64,000 nt of DNA. It comes from Candidatus Nomurabacteria bacterium. GTDB taxonomy: Bacteria > Patescibacteriota > Patescibacteriia > HK-STAS-PATE-3. The stretch covers positions 1,018,587-1,082,586 of the forward strand of contig CP060223.1 of NCBI GenBank assembly GCA_023898465.1. The letters are read 5' to 3'. Shown in pieces: positions 18,323 to 31,012 of this stretch (positions within the stretch are counted from its first letter, which is position 1; each line of letters opens with the position of its first letter). The notes below the pieces were generated by a model. That model worked only from the letters and a program-made list of their open reading frames with translations, was not told the DNA's origin and did no database searches. Position numbers and translations under genes: made by a program.

Positions 18323-18408
18323 GCCGGAGTGGTGAAATGGCAGACACGCCAGGTTTAGGACCTGGTGGGAGCAATCCCGTGGAGGTTCAAGTCCTCTCTC
18401 CGGCACCA
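18323..18408 (+). tRNA. tRNA-Leu (anticodon TAG), long variable arm, CCA encoded
   Basis: Acceptor gccggag/ctccggc; anticodon stem ccagg/cctgg with loop ttTAGga; T-loop ttcaagt; 3' acca. Confidence 0.85.
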
Positions 18409-18415
18409 CGGCCCA

Positions 18416-18475
18416 TCGCGGGCTGCGGCTTCCGTAGATTCAAACAAGTTGAATCTACGGAAGCCTCCACCCGCG
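18416..18475 (+). other. Long near-perfect hairpin (17-bp perfect core ggcttccgtagattcaa / ttgaatctacggaagcc, extended by gcggg..cccgc) immediately 3' of tRNA-Leu
   Basis: Direct inspection; part of the tRNA-associated repeated element. Confidence 0.7.
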
Positions 18476-18584
18476 TGTGCCTCTTCGTCTCGCGCTTAAC
18501 CCTTCGGGCCCAAGTCTTGAATATACATACAAAACAAGGTCAGCGCGCTGCTGGCCTCTTTCTTTTTCCCGTAATGTGAGCGCA

Positions 18585-19310
18585 CTACGCTTTGGCGAGC
18601 GTATCGTCCTTCTTATCCTCACTCTCCTTTGTTGCTGTTTCTTTCATTTCAGCAAAGTGTGCATCTAGGAATCGATTCAGGGCAGTACGGAGAGCGTTGG
18701 CCTGCGGTTTTGCTTCAAAGATTTTTACAATATCCTCTTTTACCTCCGCCCAAAGTTCCTTACTTACCTGGGACTCATATCGCAAAATATCTGGCAACGC
18801 ATTTTTTTGCCAACTGATTAGAGCGCGACCGCTTCGATTTTTTTCACTTAACTCATCGCGCAATCGCATGAGCTCATTGCGTAATTCACTTCGATAATAG
18901 CGACGATGAATGCGTCGGTGGCGTTCGTCCTTCAGCACGCTGAAAAGGAAGAGAAGCAACCAACCTGCGCCAAGTAGCACCACGCCAAAGAGTAGTGCTT
19001 GGAGCCAGCCAGCGCCAACCATTTCCATGAGGGTGGTTGAGAAGAGGAAGGAAAATCCTGCCACAATCATAGCTAGGCCATTTCGGGTAGCCCGACGTTC
19101 CGCTAAAAGATTCACAGCCGCAAAGGGATTCTGGCCATAGAATCCGCGTGTCTCATCTTCAATCTGTTGAGGAGATTTTACCAAACTGAAACTGAGGAGA
19201 ATACCTCCGATAAACTGCATGCCAAGTCCGATAAGTTGCAGTGCTTCCATAACAATAGTATAGCGATTTTTTATTGAGAACCCAAATGCGCTATACTGCA
19301 AATGAGACAT
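18585..19310 (-). CDS. Hypothetical membrane protein (2-3 TM N-terminal, charged coiled C-terminal half)
   Basis: Hydrophobic segments followed by an RR/E-rich region; no recognisable family. Confidence 0.45.
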   Translation of the reverse strand: MSHLQYSAFGFSIKNRYTIVMEALQLIGLGMQFIGGILLSFSLVKSPQQIEDETRGFYGQNPFAAVNLLAERRATRNGLAMIVAGFSFLFSTTLMEMVGAGWLQALLFGVVLLGAGWLLLFLFSVLKDERHRRIHRRYYRSELRNELMRLRDELSEKNRSGRALISWQKNALPDILRYESQVSKELWAEVKEDIVKIFEAKPQANALRTALNRFLDAHFAEMKETATKESEDKKDDTLAKA

Positions 19311-19494
19311 TCCTTACCGAGCCATCGTGCTGGTTTCACAAAAAAACGTTCGATCGATTTCACGTCCTCCTCTTATCCGCTCCTTTTTTCTCGGCTCATG
19401 ATGTCTCATTTGACTGCGTAAGGTAGCCCACTGACCTTGCGTAGTTTTTTTATAGAAAAAGTCCCGCCTCATTGCGTGAAGCGGGACTCGTAGG

Positions 19495-20325
19495 TCAGGA
19501 CAGATGGAGACGTCGCATCAGCGATGGGATCGCCAGAGGAAGGTCATCGTCAGACAGTTTGGCAAGCTCAGGTAGAGCACCCTTAATCGCATGAAGTATG
19601 CGAGGCATCTTTTCAGAGGCGACACCGATTACCTTATCCTGCGTCGTTCCTTCATCAGGCTTGTCAGTGATGAGACAGACCGGGGTGACAGCCATGCCCA
19701 GTTCCCTGCCCAAGAATGCCTCGGGTAGAACAGTGAGCATGCCAGCAATCGTCACGCCGAGTGCGCGCATGCGTTTCACATCAGCGCGGGTTTCGAACTT
19801 TGGTCCGCGAATCACCTCAAGTGTTCCGAAATCACGCCACCCAATACCCTGCTGGGTGAGGTGATTGCTTACTTCGTGGTGCAGCATAACACTGAATGGA
19901 TTCGGCATGTCGCCGAAGAACTCGGGACCGTCGTCGGGTTCGGCGAAGCTCAGTCTGCCAAAGCATGGCGTAATACATTGGTTAGGTAAGACGACCTGAC
20001 CAATGTATGTCTTGTCTGCTACTCCTCCCACGAGACTCGTGCCGATGATCCGACGAACACCTATCTTCGCTAGAGCAGCGATGTAGATACGATGATCGAT
20101 GAACTGGGGGAGTATGTAATGTCCCGACTTGAGCGTTCGCCCGTACCCATGTCGGTTTACATGGGCAATCGGGATGTCGCCGACTCGGAAGACCTGAACG
20201 AACACGTTTCCACCTGTCGGAGGGTTCATCTCGTATTCTTGGTAGTCACCAAAGACGCTCTGCAGATCGTGCGCTCCAGTCCCTGTAGTAAGGGCAAAGC
20301 GGCAAAGAGGCGGTTGATGAGACAT
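19495..20325 (-). CDS. mtnP: Purine nucleoside / 5'-methylthioadenosine phosphorylase family (MTAP-like)
   Basis: IAHVNRHGYGRT...IAALAKIGVRRIIGTSLVGGV pattern of PNP/MTAP family. Start is the internal Met with a perfect RBS (ttaggaggagaatcATG); terminator hairpin at 19447-19485. Confidence 0.75.
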   Translation of the reverse strand: MSHQPPLCRFALTTGTGAHDLQSVFGDYQEYEMNPPTGGNVFVQVFRVGDIPIAHVNRHGYGRTLKSGHYILPQFIDHRIYIAALAKIGVRRIIGTSLVGGVADKTYIGQVVLPNQCITPCFGRLSFAEPDDGPEFFGDMPNPFSVMLHHEVSNHLTQQGIGWRDFGTLEVIRGPKFETRADVKRMRALGVTIAGMLTVLPEAFLGRELGMAVTPVCLITDKPDEGTTQDKVIGVASEKMPRILHAIKGALPELAKLSDDDLPLAIPSLMRRLHLS

Positions 20326-20451
20326 GATTCTCCTCCTAAGGTTTGCGCTTTCAAGGATCTTTCTTTCTCTTAGCATGGCGAAATAAGAGCTTACAAGTAC
20401 CATTGTCCACATTTTATTGACATGTACGCATAAAATATGGCGAAATACCCC

Positions 20452-20480
20452 TTGACAAGGCTTTTCGGCAGCAGTATACT
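20452..20480 (+). promoter_or_regulatory. Near-consensus sigma70 promoter TTGACA-17-TATACT heading the 23S-5S rRNA leader
   Basis: ttgacaaggcttttcggcagcagtatact. Confidence 0.6.
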
Positions 20481-20577
20481 GTCTGCGCATTATTCAATCG
20501 TAGCTTTTCACGATATGACTCAGTTACTTACTCCTAATACTACCGTCGGCTAATACCGAGCCTTTTTCGTTCGGTTG

Positions 20578-20601
20578 CGCCGCCGGAAGGCGGTTTTTTA
20601 G
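20578..20601 (+). terminator. Terminator-like hairpin (ccgcc-ggaa-ggcgg) plus T6 inside the rRNA leader, about 100 nt after the promoter
   Basis: gcgccgccggaaggcggtttttt. Confidence 0.45.
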
Positions 20602-21116
20602 TCCTCAGGCCCTTTCACAACTGGAATATCGAGATATAAAGCTGGTCGACAGCACGCTGTCCATCAACTTTGTACCTTGAATTGTCGAGAGGGAGTTAGC
20701 CAGCTGGCTATATGGGACGTGGTCCCTGACGCTTGAGCTGACCCGGTCTAATGCTGACCCCTTTCGCTGTTGCGCCAGACTATCGGATTTCGGCAGTGGA
20801 TCCATCCCCGGGAAAAACTCTGAAAACCTCTCTAGTCCGGCGTAACTCTTCGACTGCACTGCAACACCCCTCCTTATGTTGGCTGGTAGTTCCAAATCCC
20901 ATCCTTCCTAAAGACGTGTTGCAGTGCAGTCCCTTTTTCTCCCTTGAACTGATGCGGGAATGACTCGATCTCGATTGTGTCGTTCCCGTGTCTGCTCAAG
21001 GCATGAACCTTGAAAACTGAATGATGATGCGGATAACCCAAATATCTACACATGTTAGTTAGTAAGTTAGTTTAGTTAGTGTTTCGTAACGGAAGAATTC
21101 TTAATTCTAACGTTAC

Positions 21117-24203
<3,087 letters not shown>

Positions 24204-24451
24204 AACATTAGAGTTTGGAATAACGAATGCAACAAACATTGACATTCGAGTTATTCCGCGTCATCATTCTTTGCAGCTATGGAAAGACTTAAGCAATTTC
24301 GTGTCAGTCTGAGTCTGATTATCCTCGGATTGGTAGTAACGGCCTTTGTTGGAATCGTTTTAGCCGTCTCGCCAGCCACGTTAATTGGTCCACAATAGTC
24401 CTATTCATGAGGGGCCGGTGGGTAGTAATTCGTCCTAGGCGGATTACTAGC

Positions 24452-24568
24452 CTCCGGTGCTTCAAGCGATGAGGTCACACCCGATCCCATTCCGAACTCG
24501 GTCGTTAAGCTCATCAGCGCTGATGATACTACGGGGCATACCGTTGGGAAAGTAAGCCAGTGCCGGTT
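24452..24568 (+). rRNA. rrf: 5S ribosomal RNA
   Basis: ...cacccgatcccattccgaactcggtcgttaagctcatcagcgctgatgatactacgggg... with terminal helix ccggtgc/gtgccgg; T-rich terminator follows at 24575-24615. Confidence 0.85.
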
Positions 24569-24677
24569 TATCAAGAAACTCTTGGAGAAATTCAGGAGTT
24601 TTTTGTTTTTTTGCCCGTGTGCTAGGCTGTAAATAAGGATGTCGGGGATAGTTCTTTGGAAAAGGAGGACAGGACGC

Positions 24678-25403
24678 ATGCGACCTATCATGTTTGTTAT
24701 CTGGCTGCTGGTAGTCAGCAGTATTGGGCTTGGGATCGCCCAAGCCAACCCTCGCACGGATCGGCAGGACCTCCTGATCGAGGATCAGGTAGCTCCTCAC
24801 TTTGAGTTGAGGGAGGCACTGGGTAACGATGGCTACAACACCATCTTCGATGGCCAAGTCATCGAGGCTGACCAGCTGACTCAGCTCATTGCGGTTGTCG
24901 ATACGATGAGCGCCAACGACGTCGAGTACGTGGAGTTTGTCTGGCGACCCATCGGCGAGACCAACTGGAACCTGATCGATGCAGATCTGCATATCAAGGA
25001 CGGTGTCACTTGGGAACTCGGATCCTGGCAACCGGTGGATCTAGGCTATCCTATCATCGAGCTGGCTCCAGTCGGAGTTGACTACGTTGGAAATGTGGAT
25101 TGGAATCCGGAGACGCTGATCATCAGAACCTCGGCTTCAGCTCCATCGGCACCAGTGCGGCTGCGAGTCTACCGTGCTGGAGATGCTGGATATCAATTCC
25201 AGCTCATGTCACAGGGCGTACCTTCGGAGATTCAGATCTTCAATGTCGCCGGGCGTCGAGTCGCCCTACTGCCTGTACCGAGCAATGCGGAGCGCGTTAC
25301 TTGGTCAGGTCGTAGCATGAGCGGCGAGCAGGTCGCCAACGGCGTTTACTTCGCCCGAGTAGCTGACAGCGATCAGCAAGCTCGAGTCGTGGTTCTGCGC
25401 TAG
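24678..25403 (+). CDS. Secreted hypothetical protein with a C-terminal T9SS/Por-type sorting-domain-like (or FlgD-Ig-like) tail; GC-rich
   Basis: RBS AAGGAGG; signal peptide MRPIMFVIWLLVVSSIGLGIAQA; C-terminus IQIFNVAGRRVALLP...W.G....G..VANGVYFARV...ARVVVLR. Confidence 0.5.
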   Translation: MRPIMFVIWLLVVSSIGLGIAQANPRTDRQDLLIEDQVAPHFELREALGNDGYNTIFDGQVIEADQLTQLIAVVDTMSANDVEYVEFVWRPIGETNWNLIDADLHIKDGVTWELGSWQPVDLGYPIIELAPVGVDYVGNVDWNPETLIIRTSASAPSAPVRLRVYRAGDAGYQFQLMSQGVPSEIQIFNVAGRRVALLPVPSNAERVTWSGRSMSGEQVANGVYFARVADSDQQARVVVLR

Positions 25404-25513
25404 TCAGTCTTCAAAAGCCCCATCTGGAAACAGGTGGGGCTTCTTCTTGACACATTTTTCCATGCCTGACAAAGTATGTCTGGTCGTTCTTTTTTGAGTA
25501 GTGGAGGTGAACG

Positions 25514-25834
25514 ATGGACCGGCCTGAGTATACCTTTCAGAATGGAGATGCGGTGTTCCGATTCACGGGGCATCTTGGTCGAGGCGGCGAGCACAATGGC
25601 GGATGTCATTGCGGACAGGGAATGAGCGATCAGGCACACTATGTCCTGGCCACCCAGATTGACCCCGCCGGATCAGCCAGTGATCGGAATAACTGGCAGG
25701 TGGTTGCGGAGTTCTGTGATCCCTGGCGTGACTGTATGGCAGCCGAGCGTGGCAGCCGAGGTGATCGTACCTCAGCAGAACAGTGGGAGAAACCCGAACG
25801 AATTCAGGAGGCCTTGGAGCAGCTCCAGTCCTAG
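25514..25834 (+). CDS. Hypothetical protein (106 aa), GC-rich, Cys/His-containing (GGCHCGQG)
   Basis: RBS GGAGGTG; terminator 25843-25875 (aacgccg..cggcgtt+T). Confidence 0.45.
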   Translation: MDRPEYTFQNGDAVFRFTGHLGRGGEHNGGCHCGQGMSDQAHYVLATQIDPAGSASDRNNWQVVAEFCDPWRDCMAAERGSRGDRTSAEQWEKPERIQEALEQLQS

Positions 25835-25936
25835 GATACATAAACGCCGTCGAGCCTGTCTCCGCGGCGTTTTCATAGCTCGCTACCCTATTCAGTAAAG
25901 GCGTTTTTTGGTATACTCATACCACGCAGAAACGGT

Positions 25937-27685
25937 ATGACACCAACAACGCAAAGGAAAGCAAATACAGGACAACATCGACGACGTCGACGATCCCGCA
26001 ATCAAACAGCACCGGGACAGTCTTCTCCAAAGCTACGCCTGATACCCCTGGGTGGCATGGAAGAAGTTGGGCGAAATTCGATGATTTTAGAGTATGGGAA
26101 AGATATTCTCATTATTGATTTGGGCTTGCAGTTTCCTGAGGAGGATATGCCGGGCGTGGATTATAGTATCCCAAATATTTCCTACCTCAAGGGCAAGGAA
26201 AAAAATGTACGAGGAATTCTCATCACGCATGGTCATTATGACCACATTGGAGGCGTGCCACATTTAGTGCATAAGTTAGGTAACCCAACCATTTACGGAT
26301 CAGACCTTACTCTGGCGTTAATAAAGAAGAAGCAGGAAGATATCAACCCGCAGCACAAGCTGCGTTTAGTAACGGTAAAGAAAGATACGAAGTTAAAAAT
26401 TGGCCCTTTCCGTATTGAGTTTGTAGGCCTGTCTCATAATATCCCTGCTAGCTTTGGTATTATCATACATACCCCCCTCGGCCCAGTGATGCACACGGGT
26501 GATTTTAAGATTGACCATAAGGGTGGCTATCGCAACGAGACTGATATTCAAAAAATCGAGCGTTTGAAAAAAATGCGGATGTTGGCGCTCATGTGTGATT
26601 CAACCAATGCCCCACATCAAGGCCATCAACTTTCTGAGAGTGAAATTACTCAGAACCTAGAAGAAATGTTTAAGCGAGCAAAAGGACGCATAATTTTTGC
26701 TACTTTTGCATCTTTGCTTACTCGCATTCAGCAGATTGTGTGGCTGGCCGAGAAGCACAATCGTAAAGTGCAGGTTGAAGGCTTCAGCATGCGTACTAAT
26801 ATTGAGATTGCGAAACAGCTAGGCTATCTCAAGTCAAAAAAAAACACTTTTGTGAAAGATAAGGAAGCAGCGAAATTGCCCGACAGTCGCCGTGTGATTC
26901 TTTCCACCGGCGCGCAAGGTGAAGAGCGGGCAGTGTTGATGCGTATGGCAAACGGCGAACATAAGTATTTGAAAATCCAAAAAGGCGACCTAGTCGTATT
27001 TTCATCTTCCGTGGTGCCGGGGAATGAGCGGGCAGTGCAGCGCTTAAAGGATGGACTCTTCCGCGAAGGTGCAGATGTATATGACAACCAGATGCTCGAT
27101 ATTCACGCTGGCGGTCATGCCAAAAGCGAGGATCTTCGCTGGTTCATCCGCACGATTCGACCGCAGTACTTTATTCCTATTGAAGGCAATCACTCTTTCC
27201 TACGCATGAACGCACGCTACGCTATGGAGGAGGGCATGGCCGAGGATCACGTCTTAGTCGCTGATAACGGTCAGGTGATTGAATTTACGAAGCAAGGTGG
27301 CAAGTTGACCAAGGAATATGTCCCAACCGATCATGTTTTTGTGGATGGCTTAGGCGTGGGCGATGTTTCTCATGTGGTGCTCCGTGATCGTAAGCATTTA
27401 TCAGCCGACGGCATGGTGTTGATTGTAGCGACTGTCGATGGTCGGACTGGTCGGCCCCTTGGGAAGCCCGACATTATTACGCGAGGTTTTATTTTCCCAC
27501 AAAGCAATCAACAGTTGTTGAATGAAATTCGTAAGACGGTGCAGGGTGAGCTCAAAGACACCGAGCCAAAGACTCAGGCAAATGAAGCTGATTTGCGCAA
27601 TAAAATTCGTAAGGCATTAGAAAAGCTCATCTTCAAGCGCATTGAGCGCACGCCAATGATTTTGCCAGTAATCATAGTGACCTAG
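25937..27685 (+). CDS. rnj: Ribonuclease J (metallo-beta-lactamase/beta-CASP RNase)
   Basis: ITHGHYDHIGG zinc-binding motif, beta-CASP and C-terminal domains. Confidence 0.95.
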   Translation: MTPTTQRKANTGQHRRRRRSRNQTAPGQSSPKLRLIPLGGMEEVGRNSMILEYGKDILIIDLGLQFPEEDMPGVDYSIPNISYLKGKEKNVRGILITHGHYDHIGGVPHLVHKLGNPTIYGSDLTLALIKKKQEDINPQHKLRLVTVKKDTKLKIGPFRIEFVGLSHNIPASFGIIIHTPLGPVMHTGDFKIDHKGGYRNETDIQKIERLKKMRMLALMCDSTNAPHQGHQLSESEITQNLEEMFKRAKGRIIFATFASLLTRIQQIVWLAEKHNRKVQVEGFSMRTNIEIAKQLGYLKSKKNTFVKDKEAAKLPDSRRVILSTGAQGEERAVLMRMANGEHKYLKIQKGDLVVFSSSVVPGNERAVQRLKDGLFREGADVYDNQMLDIHAGGHAKSEDLRWFIRTIRPQYFIPIEGNHSFLRMNARYAMEEGMAEDHVLVADNGQVIEFTKQGGKLTKEYVPTDHVFVDGLGVGDVSHVVLRDRKHLSADGMVLIVATVDGRTGRPLGKPDIITRGFIFPQSNQQLLNEIRKTVQGELKDTEPKTQANEADLRNKIRKALEKLIFKRIERTPMILPVIIVT

Positions 27686-27686
27686 T

Positions 27687-28676
27687 ATGGCAAAAACCAC
27701 CCCTCGAGTTTTTTCAGGCATTCAGCCTTCCGGTACTCTTCACCTTGGTAATTACCTGGGTGCGTTAAAACAATGGGTGCCGCTGCAAGAGACCCATGAC
27801 TGTATTTTTAGCATTGTTGATCTGCACGCGATTACCGTTCCCTACGAGCCTAAAGATTTGCAGCAGCGTATCCTTGATGTCGCGCTAGATTATTTAGCAG
27901 CAGGTTTAGATCCAAAAAAGGCGACCTTATTTGTCCAATCGCATGTGCCTGAGCACGCTGAGTTGGCTTGGTCATTAAATACGATTACCCCTCTAGGGGA
28001 GCTTGAAAGAATGACGCAGTATAAAGAGAAGTCCTATCAGCACGCATCAACGAGTGCGGGTATTTTAACCTATCCCGTGCTCATGGCCGCAGATATTCTT
28101 CTTTATGGCACGCAGATTGTGCCAGTTGGTGAAGATCAGCAGCAGCATGTAGAGCTCACCCGTATTATCGCACGGAAGTTTAATAGTCGCTTTGGTCAAA
28201 CCTTCATCGAAGCAAAAACGCAATTAACTGAGGCAAAGCGTGTTATGTCGCTGGCTGATCCCTTAAAGAAAATGTCCAAATCGCTCGGGCCGAAGCATTA
28301 TATTGCACTGACTGATGATGAAAAAACGATTCGCGAAAAAGTTGCCAAAGCAGTGACGGCCAGCGGTGGGCAGACTACAGGTGAGATGGATCCTGGGGTG
28401 AAAAATTTACTCGTGCTTTTGAAGGAGTTTGGCACCTCAGCTCAGGTGAAGAAGTACGAAGCAGCCTATGCTGACGGTAGTATTCGTTATAGCGACCTGA
28501 AGCACGATTTAGCTGATGCTTTGGTAAAAGGTTTAGCACCGTTCCAAGAGCGCCGGGCCAAGCTGGCCAAAGATCCCAAAAAGGTTTGGAAGATCTTGCA
28601 CGATGGTGCGAAAAAAGCTCGACCGATTGCTCAGCAGACAATGCAAGACGTGAAGCAGGTAATGGGTTTAGCTTAG
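27687..28676 (+). CDS. trpS: Tryptophanyl-tRNA synthetase
   Basis: FSGIQPSG, HLGNY (HIGH), KMSKS. Confidence 0.95.
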   Translation: MAKTTPRVFSGIQPSGTLHLGNYLGALKQWVPLQETHDCIFSIVDLHAITVPYEPKDLQQRILDVALDYLAAGLDPKKATLFVQSHVPEHAELAWSLNTITPLGELERMTQYKEKSYQHASTSAGILTYPVLMAADILLYGTQIVPVGEDQQQHVELTRIIARKFNSRFGQTFIEAKTQLTEAKRVMSLADPLKKMSKSLGPKHYIALTDDEKTIREKVAKAVTASGGQTTGEMDPGVKNLLVLLKEFGTSAQVKKYEAAYADGSIRYSDLKHDLADALVKGLAPFQERRAKLAKDPKKVWKILHDGAKKARPIAQQTMQDVKQVMGLA

Positions 28677-29453
28677 ATTTACTTTTTCGAAGCGGACCGG
28701 ATGGCCCAGCCAGCGAGCAGCCATGTCATTTGCGTGCGGGGTGACATCAGTCAGCGTGAAAACCGCTTCACCGTTTTTTGCTAATTGCGCGTCCAAATCA
28801 GGATGCTCCTGCAGGTAATGCTTAATAGTAGCAGCTGTCTCTTCTGCTGGGTCAATAATAGCAACTCGCTTGCCAGCTTTCTGATGAATGATGTTCTTCA
28901 GCAAGGGGTAATGGGTGCAGGCGAGAATGAGGGTATCGATTTGCTGTCGCTTCAAAGGATAGAGATAGCTGCGTAGGACCATTTTTGTGGCTGGTTTATC
29001 CAACCAGTTTTCCTCCACTAACGGCACCAAGAGAGGACAAGCTTGCCCAAACACCTCAATCTTTTTTGCATTGGTTAACTCGCGCTCATAAATACCCGAG
29101 TTGATAGTTGCTCGCGTGCCAATCACTCCGACACGGCCCTTGCTTACATCATGGGCGTGTTTTACTGCTGGACCAATAACGTCAAAGATTGGAATCTCGG
29201 GATATTTTTCACGCAGGGCAGGGAGCGCAACACTCGAAGCTGAGTTGCAGGCAACTACCAGGATTTTCGCACCGTGCTTTACTAATTCCTCCGCGTCATC
29301 CAAGGCATACTGAATAATCGCCTCAGGGCTTTTGTTGCCATAGGGCATCCGGGCCGTATCGCCCAGATAACGAAAAGCATAACCAGGTAAGACCTTTTGC
29401 AATTCTTTAACGACAGTTAAGCCCCCGATGCCTGAGTCAAAAATGCCGATCAT
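28668..29453 (-). CDS. murI: Glutamate racemase
   Basis: IGIFDSGIGGLTV, VACNSAS, conserved catalytic Cys and Thr-His. Confidence 0.95.
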   Translation of the reverse strand: MIGIFDSGIGGLTVVKELQKVLPGYAFRYLGDTARMPYGNKSPEAIIQYALDDAEELVKHGAKILVVACNSASSVALPALREKYPEIPIFDVIGPAVKHAHDVSKGRVGVIGTRATINSGIYERELTNAKKIEVFGQACPLLVPLVEENWLDKPATKMVLRSYLYPLKRQQIDTLILACTHYPLLKNIIHQKAGKRVAIIDPAEETAATIKHYLQEHPDLDAQLAKNGEAVFTLTDVTPHANDMAARWLGHPVRFEKVNLS

Positions 29454-29456
29454 ATA

Positions 29457-30881
29457 TTATTCCAGCGCTTCTAAGTTTACATTAATCTTTGCCTTCCAGT
29501 CGATTTCTAGGAAGGTGTGCAATTTATCAGAGAGATATTTTCGCAGCTCGTCGTAACGTCCTTGGGCTGTTGCCTCGTATTTTACCGTGAGGTAGGGACC
29601 GTTTTGCGAATAACGCACCACAAACATCGCATCTGGTAATTCTAAACGCACGCCATCACCAGCTCGCTCGTCATCAATTACGTCCGCATCAGGGTAATCC
29701 TTTTTCAACTCAGCGCTAATTCTTTGGACCACATCAACTTTTTTTGTATCGTCGCAGTAGAGTTTAATTTCCGGACTGGAGATAAACTTTGGTAGTTGCT
29801 CAAGTGCTTGTGAAAGGGTTTGGCCGCTTCGTGAGAGATAGTGCAGTAGGCGCATGGTGGAGTAGAGGCCATCATCGTGGTTGTAAAAGTCAGCCGAAAA
29901 AAAGAAGTGGCCGGAAAGCTCTCCAATAAAAGCAGCTTTTACTTCCTGGTTTTTCTTTTTAAGGAATGAATGGCCGGTTCGCCACATGAATGGCTCGCCG
30001 CCGTGCTTTGTAATAGTTTCCGGCACGACTTTTGAGCAGAGGGTGTTAAACATTATTTTGGCGCCTGGATGATCCTCTAATACCTCAACCGCAAAAAGGG
30101 CAACCAGCACGTCGTTCCAAATAATGGTGCCTTTTTCATCCACTACGCCAATACGGTCTCCATCTGGATCATAGGTGAAGCCAATGTCAGCCTTAGCTTC
30201 TAATACCGCCTTACGAAGGTCTTCTGCTACATCATTTTCCGTTGGGTCGCAGGTCATAGGGAAGCTCGGATCGACCTCAGTTCGATATTCAATAACTTCG
30301 CAACCAGCCTGCCGGAGGAGCTCTGGAGCAATTGCGCCTGAGGTGGCATGACGAGCATTCACGACCACGCGGAATTTCTTTTCAAGCGGCAAACGCTTAA
30401 TGAGATCGGCATAATAAGCGGGTCGAATATCTTGCTGACGTATCTGACCTGCTTCCTCCCCTTGCTCATAATCCTCTTCTTCAACCATGCGCTGAATTTC
30501 CTGCATACCTTCAGTGACCAGTGTTTCAGAAAGGCCAATTGCGAATTTAAATCCGTTGTATTCAGCCGGGTTATGAGAAGCGGATACCATAGCGCCGCCC
30601 GGGCGATTAAGATAGTGCTGCGCCCAATAAAAAGTGCCAACTAAGTTCATGCCAATATCGACCACATCGATTCCTGCCCAGCTGTATCCTTTCATGAGCG
30701 CTTCACTATAGGCAGGACTGGATGCTCGAAAGTCGCGCGCCACCACTGCTTGGGTGATGCCATGTCGCTTCATATAGGTACCATGCGCCCGACCAAGATG
30801 TTCAGCGATTTCCGGGTTTAATTCTTTATCAACAAGGCCGCGGAGATCATAGGCACGGAACATCGTTGGGGTGATTTTCAT
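29457..30881 (-). CDS. Phosphoglucomutase/phosphomannomutase (alpha-D-phosphohexomutase)
   Basis: ASHNPAEYNGFK phosphoserine loop, GDGDR metal loop, sugar-binding GEMSGH-like (GELSGHFFF). Confidence 0.9.
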   Translation of the reverse strand: MKITPTMFRAYDLRGLVDKELNPEIAEHLGRAHGTYMKRHGITQAVVARDFRASSPAYSEALMKGYSWAGIDVVDIGMNLVGTFYWAQHYLNRPGGAMVSASHNPAEYNGFKFAIGLSETLVTEGMQEIQRMVEEEDYEQGEEAGQIRQQDIRPAYYADLIKRLPLEKKFRVVVNARHATSGAIAPELLRQAGCEVIEYRTEVDPSFPMTCDPTENDVAEDLRKAVLEAKADIGFTYDPDGDRIGVVDEKGTIIWNDVLVALFAVEVLEDHPGAKIMFNTLCSKVVPETITKHGGEPFMWRTGHSFLKKKNQEVKAAFIGELSGHFFFSADFYNHDDGLYSTMRLLHYLSRSGQTLSQALEQLPKFISSPEIKLYCDDTKKVDVVQRISAELKKDYPDADVIDDERAGDGVRLELPDAMFVVRYSQNGPYLTVKYEATAQGRYDELRKYLSDKLHTFLEIDWKAKINVNLEALE

Positions 30882-31012
30882 AGCGTGAATATTAGGATGA
30901 AAAGCTGGATAAGACTGCTTATCTGCTGCCTTTATCCTACGCTTTTTTTAGGCTTTTTTCAATAGGAAAAGGCGCATCCGGAATGTTCCAGATGCGCCCT
31001 GATGTCCCCCAG

